64,000 nt of DNA. It comes from Candidatus Micrarchaeota archaeon (GTDB lineage Archaea; Micrarchaeota; Micrarchaeia; Anstonellales; Bilamarchaeaceae). A program made the translations under genes and the position numbers. Positions within the stretch are counted from its first letter, which is position 1. The number at the start of each line of letters is the position of its first letter. Below the pieces are notes generated by a model. It was not told where the DNA came from. It searched no databases and saw only the letters and a list, made by a program, of their open reading frames with translations. The DNA lies in assembly GCA_040753215.1 (NCBI GenBank), contig JBFMEZ010000029.1, positions 44,021 to 108,020 of the forward strand, given 5' to 3'. Below, piece by piece: positions 8,922-18,040 of the stretch.

Positions 8922-9483
8922 GTCCCCAGTTTCCAGTCACCAGTTTCCGGAAACGGGAAACCCAAAACAGGAAACAGAAAACCCGATGCGCCAGATAACG
9001 ATAGAAAAGGTCACCGCGAACATAGGGATAGGCGCAAGCGGGGACCGCCTGGACAACGCGAAGGAACTCCTTTCCAAGCTCACCGGCGCAAAAGTGGTCC
9101 TCACAAAAGCCAAGAAGAGGAACCCGACCTTCAAGCTCAGGCCCGGCCTTGAGATAGGCGTGAAAACAACCCTGCGCGGCGCCAGGGCCTTCGAGTTCCT
9201 CGAGAAATCCCTCGCGGCCAGGAAGAAGACCCTGCATGCGGGCAATTTCGACCACCGCGGCAACTTCTCGTTCGGCGTGCACGAGTACATAGATTTTCCG
9301 GGCGCGAAATACGACCCGAAGATAGGCATGATGGGCTTCGACGTATGCGTCACGCTCAGGAGGCGCGGAAAGCGCGTCGGGGAAAGGCGCCTCAAGCGCT
9401 CAAAGGTCGGCAGGCACCACCTGGTCTCCAAGGAGGAGGGAATCGGGTTCGCGAGGGCCGCGCTCGGCGTGAAGGTGGAGTGA
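8914..9483 (+). CDS. rpl5: 50S ribosomal protein uL5 with repeat-derived N-terminal insert
   Basis: NPMRQITIEKV, GNFSFGVHEYIDFPG..YDP. Confidence 0.97.
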   Translation: MSKSPVSSHQFPETGNPKQETENPMRQITIEKVTANIGIGASGDRLDNAKELLSKLTGAKVVLTKAKKRNPTFKLRPGLEIGVKTTLRGARAFEFLEKSLAARKKTLHAGNFDHRGNFSFGVHEYIDFPGAKYDPKIGMMGFDVCVTLRRRGKRVGERRLKRSKVGRHHLVSKEEGIGFARAALGVKVE

Positions 9484-9487
9484 TTTG

Positions 9488-9640
9488 ATGGTTTCTCTCG
9501 ATCAAAAATACAAGGGAAGGCGAAAGAGGAAGTGCAGGTTCTGCGGGTCCTCCCGCGCCCTGATAAGGAAATACGGGCTCCAGATATGCAGGAGATGCTT
9601 CCGCGAGGCGGGAGAGTCCATAGGGTTCAGGAAATACTGA
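9488..9640 (+). CDS. rps14: 30S ribosomal protein uS14 (zinc-binding); not in the ORF track
   Basis: Manual translation: MVSLDQKYKGRRKRKCRFCGSSRALIRKYGLQICRRCFREAGESIGFRKY*. Confidence 0.95.
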   Translation: MVSLDQKYKGRRKRKCRFCGSSRALIRKYGLQICRRCFREAGESIGFRKY

Positions 9641-9649
9641 GGTGTATGA

Positions 9650-10036
9650 ATGTCAATAGACCTTTTGGCAGATGCGCTCAACACGCTGAAAACCCACGAG
9701 ATCAAGGGCGAGGAAAGGTGCGAGGTGCGCGCTTCCAGGACAGTCTCCGAGGTGTTCCGCATCCTCCGGGAAAAGGGCTACATCGCGTCCTACGAGTTCA
9801 TAGACGACGGGAAGGGCGGCTATTTCGACGTGAAGCTCTCGGGCACGATAAACGACTGCGGCGTGATAAAGCCCCGCTTCCCGGTCAAGAAGAGCGAATG
9901 GGCGAAGCTTGAGGAGAGGTACATCCCCGGGGTGGGCGTAGGCCTGCTCGTGGTCTCCACGCCCCAGGGAATAATGACCAACACGGACGCCCAGGAGAGG
10001 CAGATAGGCGGAAGGCTGCTTGCCTTCGTATATTAG
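9650..10036 (+). CDS. rps8: 30S ribosomal protein uS8
   Basis: INDCGVIKPRF, VSTPQGIMT, GGRLLAFVY. Confidence 0.98.
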   Translation: MSIDLLADALNTLKTHEIKGEERCEVRASRTVSEVFRILREKGYIASYEFIDDGKGGYFDVKLSGTINDCGVIKPRFPVKKSEWAKLEERYIPGVGVGLLVVSTPQGIMTNTDAQERQIGGRLLAFVY

Positions 10037-10045
10037 GTGCTGGCC

Positions 10046-10543
10046 ATGATTGAGTTGCAAATCCCGGAAGGAGTGCAGTTCTCCGTTGAGGGCGGGCTTG
10101 CCAGGGCAAAGGGGAAGATGGGCGAGGTCGAGAGGGAATTCCGCGGCTCCCCGGTATCCATAGTGCACGAGGGGAAGGCGGTGAAGGTCTCTTCGCAGGA
10201 CAGTGCGGTTGAGGGAACGGTCGCCTCCCACATAAGTAACATGTTCCACGGGGTGCTCAGCGGGTTCGAGAAGAGGATGGTCATCCGCTTTGCGCACTTC
10301 CCCGTCAGCGTGGAAACGAAGGGCCAGGACCTCCTCATAAAAAATTTCCTCGGCGAGAAGAAGCCCCGCAGGGCGAAGCTCGTCGGGAAGGTGAAGGTCG
10401 AGGTGAAGGGCCAGGACATGAGGATAACCGGCCCGGACAAGGAGGCAGTAGGCCAGTCCGCGGCGAACATACGCACCGCCACGCGCATACGCGAGAAGGA
10501 CGGCCGCGTCTTCCAGGACGGCATATTCATGGCAGGTGAATAA
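10046..10543 (+). CDS. rpl6: 50S ribosomal protein uL6
   Basis: AHFPVS, KNFLGEK, DGRVFQDGIF. Confidence 0.97.
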   Translation: MIELQIPEGVQFSVEGGLARAKGKMGEVEREFRGSPVSIVHEGKAVKVSSQDSAVEGTVASHISNMFHGVLSGFEKRMVIRFAHFPVSVETKGQDLLIKNFLGEKKPRRAKLVGKVKVEVKGQDMRITGPDKEAVGQSAANIRTATRIREKDGRVFQDGIFMAGE

Positions 10544-10544
10544 A

Positions 10545-10898
10545 ATGGCATCCAAAAAGTCCAAACCATATTTCAATATTCCCAATTACCGTGGAAAGCA
10601 CGGGAAGAGGAGGGTAAAGGCAAGATGGAGGAGCCCCAAGGGCATCGACAACAAGAAAAGGATACGCAAGGCGTCCTACGGCGCGCTACCGCGCGTGGGC
10701 TACGGCAACCCGCCCGCCCTCAGGCATCTGCACCCCTGCGGCCTTCCCGAGGCCCTCGTCCACAACCTGGGCGAGCTTGAGGCCGCAAAGGGAAAAATCG
10801 CCCGCCTCTCCTCCACGCTCGGCAGGAGGAAGAGGCTGCTGCTCCAGCAGAAGGCAAAGGAGCTCGGAATATCCCTCCTTGGGAGGGTGGTCAAATGA
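10545..10898 (+). CDS. rpl32e: 50S ribosomal protein eL32
   Basis: WRSPKGIDNK, GYG, HPCG. Confidence 0.96.
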   Translation: MASKKSKPYFNIPNYRGKHGKRRVKARWRSPKGIDNKKRIRKASYGALPRVGYGNPPALRHLHPCGLPEALVHNLGELEAAKGKIARLSSTLGRRKRLLLQQKAKELGISLLGRVVK

Positions 10899-11332
10899 GC
10901 GCAACTACCGTAAAAAGGCTTGCATCGGACATCCTGGGCGCAGGCATCAGCAGGATAAGGCTGCAGAAGGAGAGCCTCTCCAGGGTTGAGGAGGCGCTGA
11001 CACGCGCGGACGTGCGCAACCTCATAGACGAGGGCATAGTCTATGCGCTGCCCGAGAGGGCCGGCCACCGCACGAGGGAGCGCCCCAAGAGCAGGCACGG
11101 CAGCCGCAAGGGGAGGAAGAAGGCGCGCGAGGGCGGAAAATCCGCCTGGATGGGCAGGGTGCGCGCCCAGCGCAGGTACCTCCGCGAGCTTCTCGGGAGC
11201 GGCGAGCTTCCGCGCCCGCACAAGCGCGCCGTCTATTCCAAGATAAAGGGCGGCGCGTTCAGGGGTAAGGCAGCAATGCGCGCCTACCTCATTGAGAACA
11301 AGATGCTGAAAGAGAAGGAAAAGGTGAAATGA
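10895..11332 (+). CDS. rpl19e: 50S ribosomal protein eL19
   Basis: KRLASDIL, TRADVRNLI, GSRKG. Confidence 0.96.
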   Translation: MSATTVKRLASDILGAGISRIRLQKESLSRVEEALTRADVRNLIDEGIVYALPERAGHRTRERPKSRHGSRKGRKKAREGGKSAWMGRVRAQRRYLRELLGSGELPRPHKRAVYSKIKGGAFRGKAAMRAYLIENKMLKEKEKVK

Positions 11333-11910
11333 TGGCAAGAGCAAAAGGGCCCAGTTACGAATCCGCCTTCCGGAGAAGGCGCGAGAACAGGACAAACTTC
11401 GCAAAGAGGCTCGCGCTGGTGAAGGGCGGCCTTACCCGCATGGTCGTGAGGAAGGGAAGCACCTCGCTGGTCATCCAGTTCGTGGAATACACGCCATCCG
11501 GCGACAGGGTGCTCGCAGGCATAAGCTCCTCCGCGCTGAAGAAGTTCGGCTGGGCGCCGCGCGCGAACGTCCCCACCGCTTACCTCGCCGGGCTCCACGC
11601 GGGAAGGCTCGCAGGAAAGAAGGGGATAAAGGAGTTCGTGCTGGACATGGGGCTCGGCGCCCCCGTGAGGAATTCAATCCCGTTCGCCGCCCAGAAGGGC
11701 GCAATCGATTCCGGGCTCTCCAGCCCCCACGGCGAGGGGCTTGCGGAGGAAGCCCGCCTGTCCGGCGCACATATAGAAGAATACGCAAAATCGCTTTCAG
11801 ATGCGGAATACAAGAGGGTGTTCTCCAGCTACCTGAAGGAGGGCTTCGGGCCCAGGGAATTCGTTTCCCGCTTCAGGGCGGCAAAGGACGCGATCCTCGG
11901 GGAGGCATGA
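11332..11910 (+). CDS. rpl18: 50S ribosomal protein uL18
   Basis: FRRRRENRTNF..RL, NVPTAYLAG. Confidence 0.96.
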   Translation: MARAKGPSYESAFRRRRENRTNFAKRLALVKGGLTRMVVRKGSTSLVIQFVEYTPSGDRVLAGISSSALKKFGWAPRANVPTAYLAGLHAGRLAGKKGIKEFVLDMGLGAPVRNSIPFAAQKGAIDSGLSSPHGEGLAEEARLSGAHIEEYAKSLSDAEYKRVFSSYLKEGFGPREFVSRFRAAKDAILGEA

Positions 11911-11914
11911 TATT

Positions 11915-12583
11915 ATGGCAAAAGGAAGAAGGGGCGGCCCGCATAGGAAAGAGGAAGTCGAGCTGCTTGACACGGCGTCCTGGTCCCCACGCACGGGGCT
12001 GGGCAGGAAGGTGAAGGGCGGCGAGGTCTCCAGCATAGACCAGATACTTGACGAGGGGCTCGCGATACTCGAGCCGGAGATAGTGGATTCCCTCGTTCCG
12101 GAGCTGGAGGCGGACACGCTTTCCATAAGCCCCACCCAGCGGACGACCGACTCCGGCCGCAAGATGCAGTTCCGCGCGGTGGTGGTCCTCGGCGACCGCA
12201 AGGGCCACGTAGGCGTGGGCGTGGGCAAATCCGAGGAGGTGAAGCCCGCCCTGGACTATGCGATGAAGGATGCGCGCAAGCACATGATACACCTGAAGCT
12301 CGGGTGCGGAAGCTGGGAATGCAAGTGCGGCCAGCCCCACTCCATCCCCCAGAAGCTGGAGGGGAAATACGGCAGCACCATCATAACGCTGAAGCCGGCG
12401 CCCAAGGGCCTCGGCCTCGCGGCGAGCGACGTGGTCAAGAAGGTCCTCGGGATCGCGGGCCTCAGGGACGCCTGGAGCTCCGCGGAGGGCTCCACTTCCA
12501 ATGTTTACAACACCGCCATGGCCACGGTGTCCGCGCTCGACTCCATAAACAGGAAGAAGCCAAAGCCAGGTGAGGTACAATGA
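11915..12583 (+). CDS. rps5: 30S ribosomal protein uS5
   Basis: QRTTDSGR, GCGSWEC, PAPKGLGL. Confidence 0.97.
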   Translation: MAKGRRGGPHRKEEVELLDTASWSPRTGLGRKVKGGEVSSIDQILDEGLAILEPEIVDSLVPELEADTLSISPTQRTTDSGRKMQFRAVVVLGDRKGHVGVGVGKSEEVKPALDYAMKDARKHMIHLKLGCGSWECKCGQPHSIPQKLEGKYGSTIITLKPAPKGLGLAASDVVKKVLGIAGLRDAWSSAEGSTSNVYNTAMATVSALDSINRKKPKPGEVQ

Positions 12584-13014
12584 CCCTTGCGATAATAAGG
12601 ATAAGGGGGAGGCGCAACCTTTCCCCGAAGATAAGGAAGACGCTCGAGATGCTCAGCCTGCACCGCACGAACCAGTGCGTGCTGATGGAAGACACGCCCG
12701 CCCTGCGCGGGATGCTCCAGGTCTGCAAGGACTATGCCGCCTTCGGCCCGGTTTCCGGGCCCACCGTAATCTCCCTCATGAAGAAGAGGGGCGAGAAGGG
12801 CGGCAGGATGCTCTCCGAGATAATGGAGGCTGAGGAGATAGAGCAGGCCGCGGGCAAGGTGATGCACGGCGAGAGGGTGGACAATTTCGCCGACCGCGTC
12901 TTCCGCCTGCACCCGCCGCGCAAGGGCTTCAGGGACATAAAGAAGCCAGCCAGCGCAGGCGGTGACCTGGGCTGGCGCGACGACATGGATGCTCTCGTGA
13001 AGAGGATGATGTGA
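12580..13014 (+). CDS. rpl30: 50S ribosomal protein uL30
   Basis: IIRIRG, FRLHPPRKG. Confidence 0.96.
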   Translation: MTLAIIRIRGRRNLSPKIRKTLEMLSLHRTNQCVLMEDTPALRGMLQVCKDYAAFGPVSGPTVISLMKKRGEKGGRMLSEIMEAEEIEQAAGKVMHGERVDNFADRVFRLHPPRKGFRDIKKPASAGGDLGWRDDMDALVKRMM

Positions 13015-13024
13015 AGGTGCTCAT

Positions 13025-13441
13025 ATGCCAAGAAGAAAGCAGAAGAGAAAAATCAGGATGAGGGGTTCCCGCTTCCACGGCTTCGGCAACGTAAAGAACA
13101 AGAGGGGCAAGGGATGCAGGGGAGGCGTGGGCCGCGCAGGCCTGCACAAGCACAAGTTCTCCTGGACCGCAAGGCACAATCCTGACTACGGCCGCCTGAT
13201 GGGCTTCGTCCCGCACGCACCCGGCCGCCGCCTCCCGGCCACCAACCTTTTCGAGATAAACACCCTTGCGGAGAAGGGCGGCCTCCAGCAGAAGGAGGGG
13301 AAGCTCCAGTTCGAATTCCGCGGAAAAATCCTCGGCGCCGGAGAGCTCCGCCACCCAATAGCCTTAAAAGCGCTCTCCTGGAGCAAGATAGCCGAGAGGA
13401 AGGTAAAGGAGGCAGGGGGAGAGCTTTCCAGGATTGAGTGA
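13025..13441 (+). CDS. rpl15: 50S ribosomal protein uL15
   Basis: RGSRFHG, RGGVGRAG, KILGAGE. Confidence 0.96.
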   Translation: MPRRKQKRKIRMRGSRFHGFGNVKNKRGKGCRGGVGRAGLHKHKFSWTARHNPDYGRLMGFVPHAPGRRLPATNLFEINTLAEKGGLQQKEGKLQFEFRGKILGAGELRHPIALKALSWSKIAERKVKEAGGELSRIE

Positions 13442-13445
13442 ATAC

Positions 13446-14870
13446 ATGGGTGCCATAATAGATTTTATACACAAACTCTCGGGCTACCTGCCCGAAATAA
13501 GGGCCCCCACAAAGCTCCCCAGCATAAAGGAGCGCTTCCTCTGGACCGGAATCGCCCTCCTCCTCTTCTTCGTAATGTACAATGTTACCGTTTTCGGCGC
13601 ATCCCACAGCGCGGGCGCCTTCGACTTCCTCCAGATGATTACCGCTTCCAAGATCGGCTCCCTGCTCACGACCTCCATCGGCCCCATAGTGCTCGCATCC
13701 ATCTTCCTCCAGCTCTTCTCCGGCGCGGGCCTCATAGACCTCGACCCGAAGAACCCCGAGCAGAGGCAGAAGTTCCAGGAAGTGCAGAAGGTCCTCGCCC
13801 TCATAATCGCCCTTGTGGAGGCCTCCATATTCGTTTTCACCGGCCGCATCCCCCTTGTTCAGAATTCGCCTTTCGACCCCACCCTGCTCGCCGCCCTCGT
13901 CATATTCCAGGTTTCCCTCGGCTCCGCCATAGTCCTCTACCTTGACGAGATCGTCACAAAATACGGAATCGGCTCCGGCATCTCCCTATTCATCGCCGCA
14001 GGGGTCTCCTTCTCCATCATCGGCGGCGCCATCTCCCTTTTCGTGGGGGAAGGCGGCGTCGCCTCCGTGGTCGCGGGAGGCGGCGCAGAGGCGATCCCCA
14101 ACGCCCTGCTCGTGCTCCTTCCCCTTCTCGTCACGCTCGCCGTTTTCGCGGCGGTCTGCTACGGCGAGGGCGTAAAGGTGGAAATCCCCCTCGCCTACCA
14201 GCAGGCCCGCGGAGTAGCCCCGAAGCTCCCCCTCAACCTCTTCTACCTCTCAAACATCCCGGTCATCTTCGCCTCCGCCCTGCTCCTGAACCTGCAGCTC
14301 TTCTCGGCGGGCCTGGAGGGAAAGAGCTTCATGCTCGGCGATTTCGACCTCGTGCCCGCAATCGGCTACGTGGATTCCACGGGCCAGCTCCGCGACGGCC
14401 TCCTCTATTTCTTCACCCCGGTCTTCGGCGGCAACACGCTCTCCCAGATAAATTTCCTGATGAACGGCGTGACCCCGCTCTTCGGCATCCCGGAATGGCT
14501 GCATGCCATAATCTACGTTATTTTCCTTGCCCTCGTCTCCGTCCTTTTCGGGATGTTCTGGGCCGAGACCGCGAACATGGACACCAAGGGCATGACAAAC
14601 CAGCTCATGCAGTCCGGCATGCAGGTCCCGGGATGGAGGCGCGACCCGAGGATGATGGAGAAGGTGCTTGAAAAATACATCCCGCCCCTCATAATACTCG
14701 GCTCCTTCCTGGTCGGCCTCCTCGCAGGCCTTGCAGACCTCACCGGAGCCCTCGGCACTGGCACGGGGATACTCCTTACCGTGGGCATCTTCTACCGCAC
14801 CTACCTCCAGATGAAGAGGCAGAGGATGCTCGAGGCGATGCCGATATTCGAAACCATCGCAGGTGAATGA
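13446..14870 (+). CDS. secY: Preprotein translocase subunit SecY
   Basis: IGPIVLASI, GIGSGISLFIAAG, SNIPVIF, GTGILLTV; multiple TM segments. Confidence 0.98.
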   Translation: MGAIIDFIHKLSGYLPEIRAPTKLPSIKERFLWTGIALLLFFVMYNVTVFGASHSAGAFDFLQMITASKIGSLLTTSIGPIVLASIFLQLFSGAGLIDLDPKNPEQRQKFQEVQKVLALIIALVEASIFVFTGRIPLVQNSPFDPTLLAALVIFQVSLGSAIVLYLDEIVTKYGIGSGISLFIAAGVSFSIIGGAISLFVGEGGVASVVAGGGAEAIPNALLVLLPLLVTLAVFAAVCYGEGVKVEIPLAYQQARGVAPKLPLNLFYLSNIPVIFASALLLNLQLFSAGLEGKSFMLGDFDLVPAIGYVDSTGQLRDGLLYFFTPVFGGNTLSQINFLMNGVTPLFGIPEWLHAIIYVIFLALVSVLFGMFWAETANMDTKGMTNQLMQSGMQVPGWRRDPRMMEKVLEKYIPPLIILGSFLVGLLAGLADLTGALGTGTGILLTVGIFYRTYLQMKRQRMLEAMPIFETIAGE

Positions 14871-14871
14871 G

Positions 14872-15501
14872 ATGATAATCGTAATGGGCCTTCCGGGCGC
14901 AGGCAAGTCCTCAGTCCTCGCAGGTATAGAAGGAATGGTGACACCTCAGAGCGACCGCGCAGGCCTGCGCGGCTCTGGTGCCGAATGGCCACAAGGGGCC
15001 TTCGGCACTCACTCCGAGGTGTCAGGCTGGAAAACCCTAAACTACGGGACACTGATGTTCGAAATAGCGAAGGAGCGCTTCGGGCTCTCCCACCGCGACG
15101 AGCTCCGCAGGCTTCCCGTTGAGAAGCAGAAGAAAGTCCAGGAGGAAGTCGCCCTCCGCCTTTCCAAAGAGAGGGGAAAAGTGATTCTTGACACCCACTG
15201 CTCGATAAAGACCCCCCGCGGCTACCTCCCCGGCCTTCCGTTCTCCCTCCTCGAGAAGCTCACCATTGATGCGGTAGTCCTCATCACCGCAAACCCAGAA
15301 GAAATAATGGGCCGCAGAAAAGCCGACGAGAGCCGCGTGCGCGACCCCGAAACCCTCGATTCCATACGCGAGCACGACCTGATGAACAAGGCGCTGCTCG
15401 CCTCTTACGCGGCCCACCGCGGCTGCCCGGCCCGCATAATCTACAACCACGACGGGAAGCTGGAGGAAGCGGTGCGCCAGCTCCGCGGGATGCTGGAGTG
15501 A
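14872..15501 (+). CDS. adk: Archaeal adenylate kinase with a 31-aa palindrome-encoded insertion
   Basis: GLPGAGKS P-loop, NYG, RDELRRL, LDTH, GYLPGLP. Confidence 0.95.
   Translation: MIIVMGLPGAGKSSVLAGIEGMVTPQSDRAGLRGSGAEWPQGAFGTHSEVSGWKTLNYGTLMFEIAKERFGLSHRDELRRLPVEKQKKVQEEVALRLSKERGKVILDTHCSIKTPRGYLPGLPFSLLEKLTIDAVVLITANPEEIMGRRKADESRVRDPETLDSIREHDLMNKALLASYAAHRGCPARIIYNHDGKLEEAVRQLRGMLE
14934..15026. repeat. 93-bp in-frame palindromic element (three-way junction)
   Basis: TGACACCTCAGAG/CTCCGAGGTGTCA outer stem, two inner hairpins, AGG duplicated at the ends. Confidence 0.8.
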
Positions 15502-15505
15502 ACAA

Positions 15506-16315
15506 ATGATAACCACCGGAAACTTCTTCTGGATAGTCACCCTCCTCGGCATAGTTTACTCGCTCTCAATCCGCTTCATCCAGATGAGATTCACGGACCA
15601 GGAGAGGATGAAATCCCTCCAGAAGCAGATGAACGACCTTAACAAGGAATACTTCTCCGCAATGAAATCCGGCAACAAGAAGCGCATGGATTCCATCCAG
15701 GAGGAGCAGAACAAGCTGATGCCCCAGTTCAGCGGGATGATGATGGGCCAGCTCAAGCTCATGGCTGCGATAATATCCATATTCCTCGCCTTCATGGCCG
15801 TGGTGAACGCGCTCGACCCGTTCCTCCAGGACGACAAGGTCTTCGAGCTATTCCCGTCCGGCACCCAGCAAACAGCGTCCTCCCGGTTCTGCGGTTCCTT
15901 CCCAGTCTCCTGCTCTTCCTCCGGCCCTTGGCTCGTGGAGGTCACCGCCTATTCCGGGGGTTCAGAAAAAGGGGCCAACAGCACTTACATCTATTGCGGC
16001 AGCGAAGGCGGAATCCGCCCCTCGCCCGTAACCAGGGGCACCCCCTTCCCAATAACAACCGATAAAAAAGTTTATGCGCAGAATGATACTGCCACGGTGT
16101 GCATTTCCGCACCCGTAGGCACAGACCGCGCGGAGGGAAAAACCAACTCGGGCACGTGGTTCATGGTTCCGCTCCCATTCGCCATACCCGTGCTTAACGT
16201 GGACGTGATAAACGGGGCGAACATCTGGTTCATCCTCGTTTCCATAATATCCGGCCTGGTTTTCTCCTTCGCATGGGGAAAAATAAAGAAGAAAGACGAA
16301 AAGGTGAAATCATGA
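15506..16315 (+). CDS. DUF106/EMC3/TMCO1 (Oxa1 superfamily) membrane protein with an extra soluble domain
   Basis: TM, coiled coil (DQERMKSLQKQM), TM, then W-containing C-terminal TM; conserved position after adk. Confidence 0.85.
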   Translation: MITTGNFFWIVTLLGIVYSLSIRFIQMRFTDQERMKSLQKQMNDLNKEYFSAMKSGNKKRMDSIQEEQNKLMPQFSGMMMGQLKLMAAIISIFLAFMAVVNALDPFLQDDKVFELFPSGTQQTASSRFCGSFPVSCSSSGPWLVEVTAYSGGSEKGANSTYIYCGSEGGIRPSPVTRGTPFPITTDKKVYAQNDTATVCISAPVGTDRAEGKTNSGTWFMVPLPFAIPVLNVDVINGANIWFILVSIISGLVFSFAWGKIKKKDEKVKS

Positions 16316-16623
16316 CGAAAAGGAAAGACCGCTCAACAGCAATAAGAAAAATCAAAAGGCGCGTGCCTTCCGGCGAAAGCAGGGAATATTTCAGGCGCAG
16401 GCAAAAGAAGCCGAAGGCCTCGTGCGCCCTCTGCCGCTCCGCGCTACGTGGAATAGGCTCCGGGGCGAAGACCGAGAGGAGGCCCAACCGCAAATTCGCC
16501 GGCAACCTGTGCCACCGCTGCTCCGCCCGCATACTGGTGGAGGCGCAGCGCGTCCGCGAGAAAACGAAATCCCTGGACGATGTTGAGCTTCTCTACAGGA
16601 AATATGTGCAGGGCCTGATATGA
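16312..16623 (+). CDS. rpl34e: 50S ribosomal protein eL34
   Basis: CALC...RPNRKFAGNLCHRC. Confidence 0.95.
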   Translation: MTKRKDRSTAIRKIKRRVPSGESREYFRRRQKKPKASCALCRSALRGIGSGAKTERRPNRKFAGNLCHRCSARILVEAQRVREKTKSLDDVELLYRKYVQGLI

Positions 16624-16657
16624 GTTCCCGGTTTCCCGTTTCCGGGAGCCGGTTGCG

Positions 16658-16922
16658 GGTGAATGCAGATGATAATAACAGTATGGGGATGGACCGGTGC
16701 AGGGAAGAATACCCTCGGCGAGCTTCTCGCAAAGCGCCTCGGCTACCGCACCACCAAAAACGCGGAGGGGGAGACCCCCTCCCCATTTTTAGGTGTCATT
16801 CTGACCCTCCCCCCGGTTCTTTCGAATGAGGTGAATGCATGATTATCACGGTCTGGGGATGGACCGGTGCAGGGAAGAATACCCTCGGCGAGCTTCTCGC
16901 AAAGCGCCTCGGCTACCGCACC
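16658..16922 (+). mobile_element. 170-bp insertion duplicating the RBS and first 28 codons of cmk
   Basis: 69 bp identical at 16684-16752 and 16854-16922; codons 2-5 differ synonymously. Confidence 0.85.
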
Positions 16923-17357
16923 GTTTCTCCTACGTTTAAGGACCTCGCGGCAAAGGAGGGAATCTCCCTTCTTGAATTCCAGAAGAAGGCAGAGAAGGAC
17001 CCTGACATAGACAGGAAGTTCGACGAGCTCCTCAAGGAAGAAGCCGGGAAGGGCAACTGCATCGTTACCACCTGGCTCGGCCCCTGGATGGTCCCCGCGG
17101 ATTTCCGCATCCTGGTGTTCGCTCCGGAGAAGGTGCGCATCGAGCGCATCGCGAAGAGGGAATCCGTCTCCCAGAAAGAAGCGGCAAAATACGTGCGCGA
17201 GAAGGATTCCGGCAACATAAAGAGGTACAAGAACGTATATGGAATCGACATAACGGATACAAGCTCCTTCGACCTCGCCCTGAGCGCGGAAACCTACCGC
17301 CCGGAGCAGATGGTCGAGATTGCCCTGTTGGCAATAGAAAAGAAAATGAAGAAATGA
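16839..17357 (+). CDS. cmk: Cytidylate kinase (archaeal type)
   Basis: N-terminal P-loop GWTGAGKNT, DPDIDRKFD, RYKNVYGID; conserved position. Confidence 0.92.
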   Translation: MIITVWGWTGAGKNTLGELLAKRLGYRTVSPTFKDLAAKEGISLLEFQKKAEKDPDIDRKFDELLKEEAGKGNCIVTTWLGPWMVPADFRILVFAPEKVRIERIAKRESVSQKEAAKYVREKDSGNIKRYKNVYGIDITDTSSFDLALSAETYRPEQMVEIALLAIEKKMKK

Positions 17358-17366
17358 GGTGTTAAT

Positions 17367-17531
17367 ATGGCAGCAATTGAAGTTGGAAAAGTTTGCTTAA
17401 TGAAGTTCGGCCGCCGCTCCGGTGAGGAAGTAACCATCACCAAAATTCTGGATGAAAATTTCGTGATGGTTAAGGACGCAAAAGGAAAGGAGAAGCGCGC
17501 GAACATAAAGCATCTCGAGCCGGTCGCTTAG
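17367..17531 (+). CDS. rpl14e: 50S ribosomal protein eL14; not in the ORF track
   Basis: Manual translation: MAAIEVGKVCLMKFGRRSGEEVTITKILDENFVMVKDAKGKEKRANIKHLEPVA*. Confidence 0.93.
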   Translation: MAAIEVGKVCLMKFGRRSGEEVTITKILDENFVMVKDAKGKEKRANIKHLEPVA

Positions 17532-17550
17532 GCTACCGTATTTTTGCGTG

Positions 17551-18030
17551 TTATTCAGCCATATCCGCCAGCGCCCTCCGGATCTTTTCCCTGAATTTCG
17601 GCAGCCACCTTTCCAATTCCACTAATTCAGGCAATGCCCTTCTTCTGATTAGTTCGTCTATCGCCCCTTCACTCAAATCATCAAAGCACACCCCGCACTT
17701 GGCCAGTTTCACCAAGCCTCCATTTCCGCCTGATCCCAGTCGTTCTGCCGCAAGCTCTGCCATCTCCCTGTCCTGCCGCGTCGGCTGAAACTGCCCGCTT
17801 TTCAAATAAATTATATGCACCGAGTCGTCCTCGCTAAGGAATGCGAGCAGCTTCTTTATCCTGTTTATTCCCATCTCCTTACAATGCAACAAAGCCGGCA
17901 GCGCCTCTTCGAAAACAGTGCTTCTCGCCCTGCATTCAACCATAGGCTCTTTTGGGAACTCTTTCTTGCAGCTGCCCATCGCTATTGTAGCGCACACAAC
18001 TGCTGTTACAACTGCTTTTCCAGTCTTCAT
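17551..18030 (-). CDS. Hypothetical protein with signal-peptide/lipobox-like N-terminus
   Basis: MKTGKAVVTAVVCATIAMGSC; GGTGA RBS. Confidence 0.55.
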   Translation of the reverse strand: MKTGKAVVTAVVCATIAMGSCKKEFPKEPMVECRARSTVFEEALPALLHCKEMGINRIKKLLAFLSEDDSVHIIYLKSGQFQPTRQDREMAELAAERLGSGGNGGLVKLAKCGVCFDDLSEGAIDELIRRRALPELVELERWLPKFREKIRRALADMAE

Positions 18031-18040
18031 ATTTCATCAC

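Noticed and set aside
14925..15035. adk insert as a bulge-helix-bulge intron
   Set aside because: No 4-bp helix with two 3-nt bulges could be formed at the junctions by eye, and the insert is stop-free and in frame
16620..16829. 69-aa ORF between rpl34e and cmk as a real gene
   Set aside because: Made of heptamer repeats plus the out-of-frame cmk duplicate and the element
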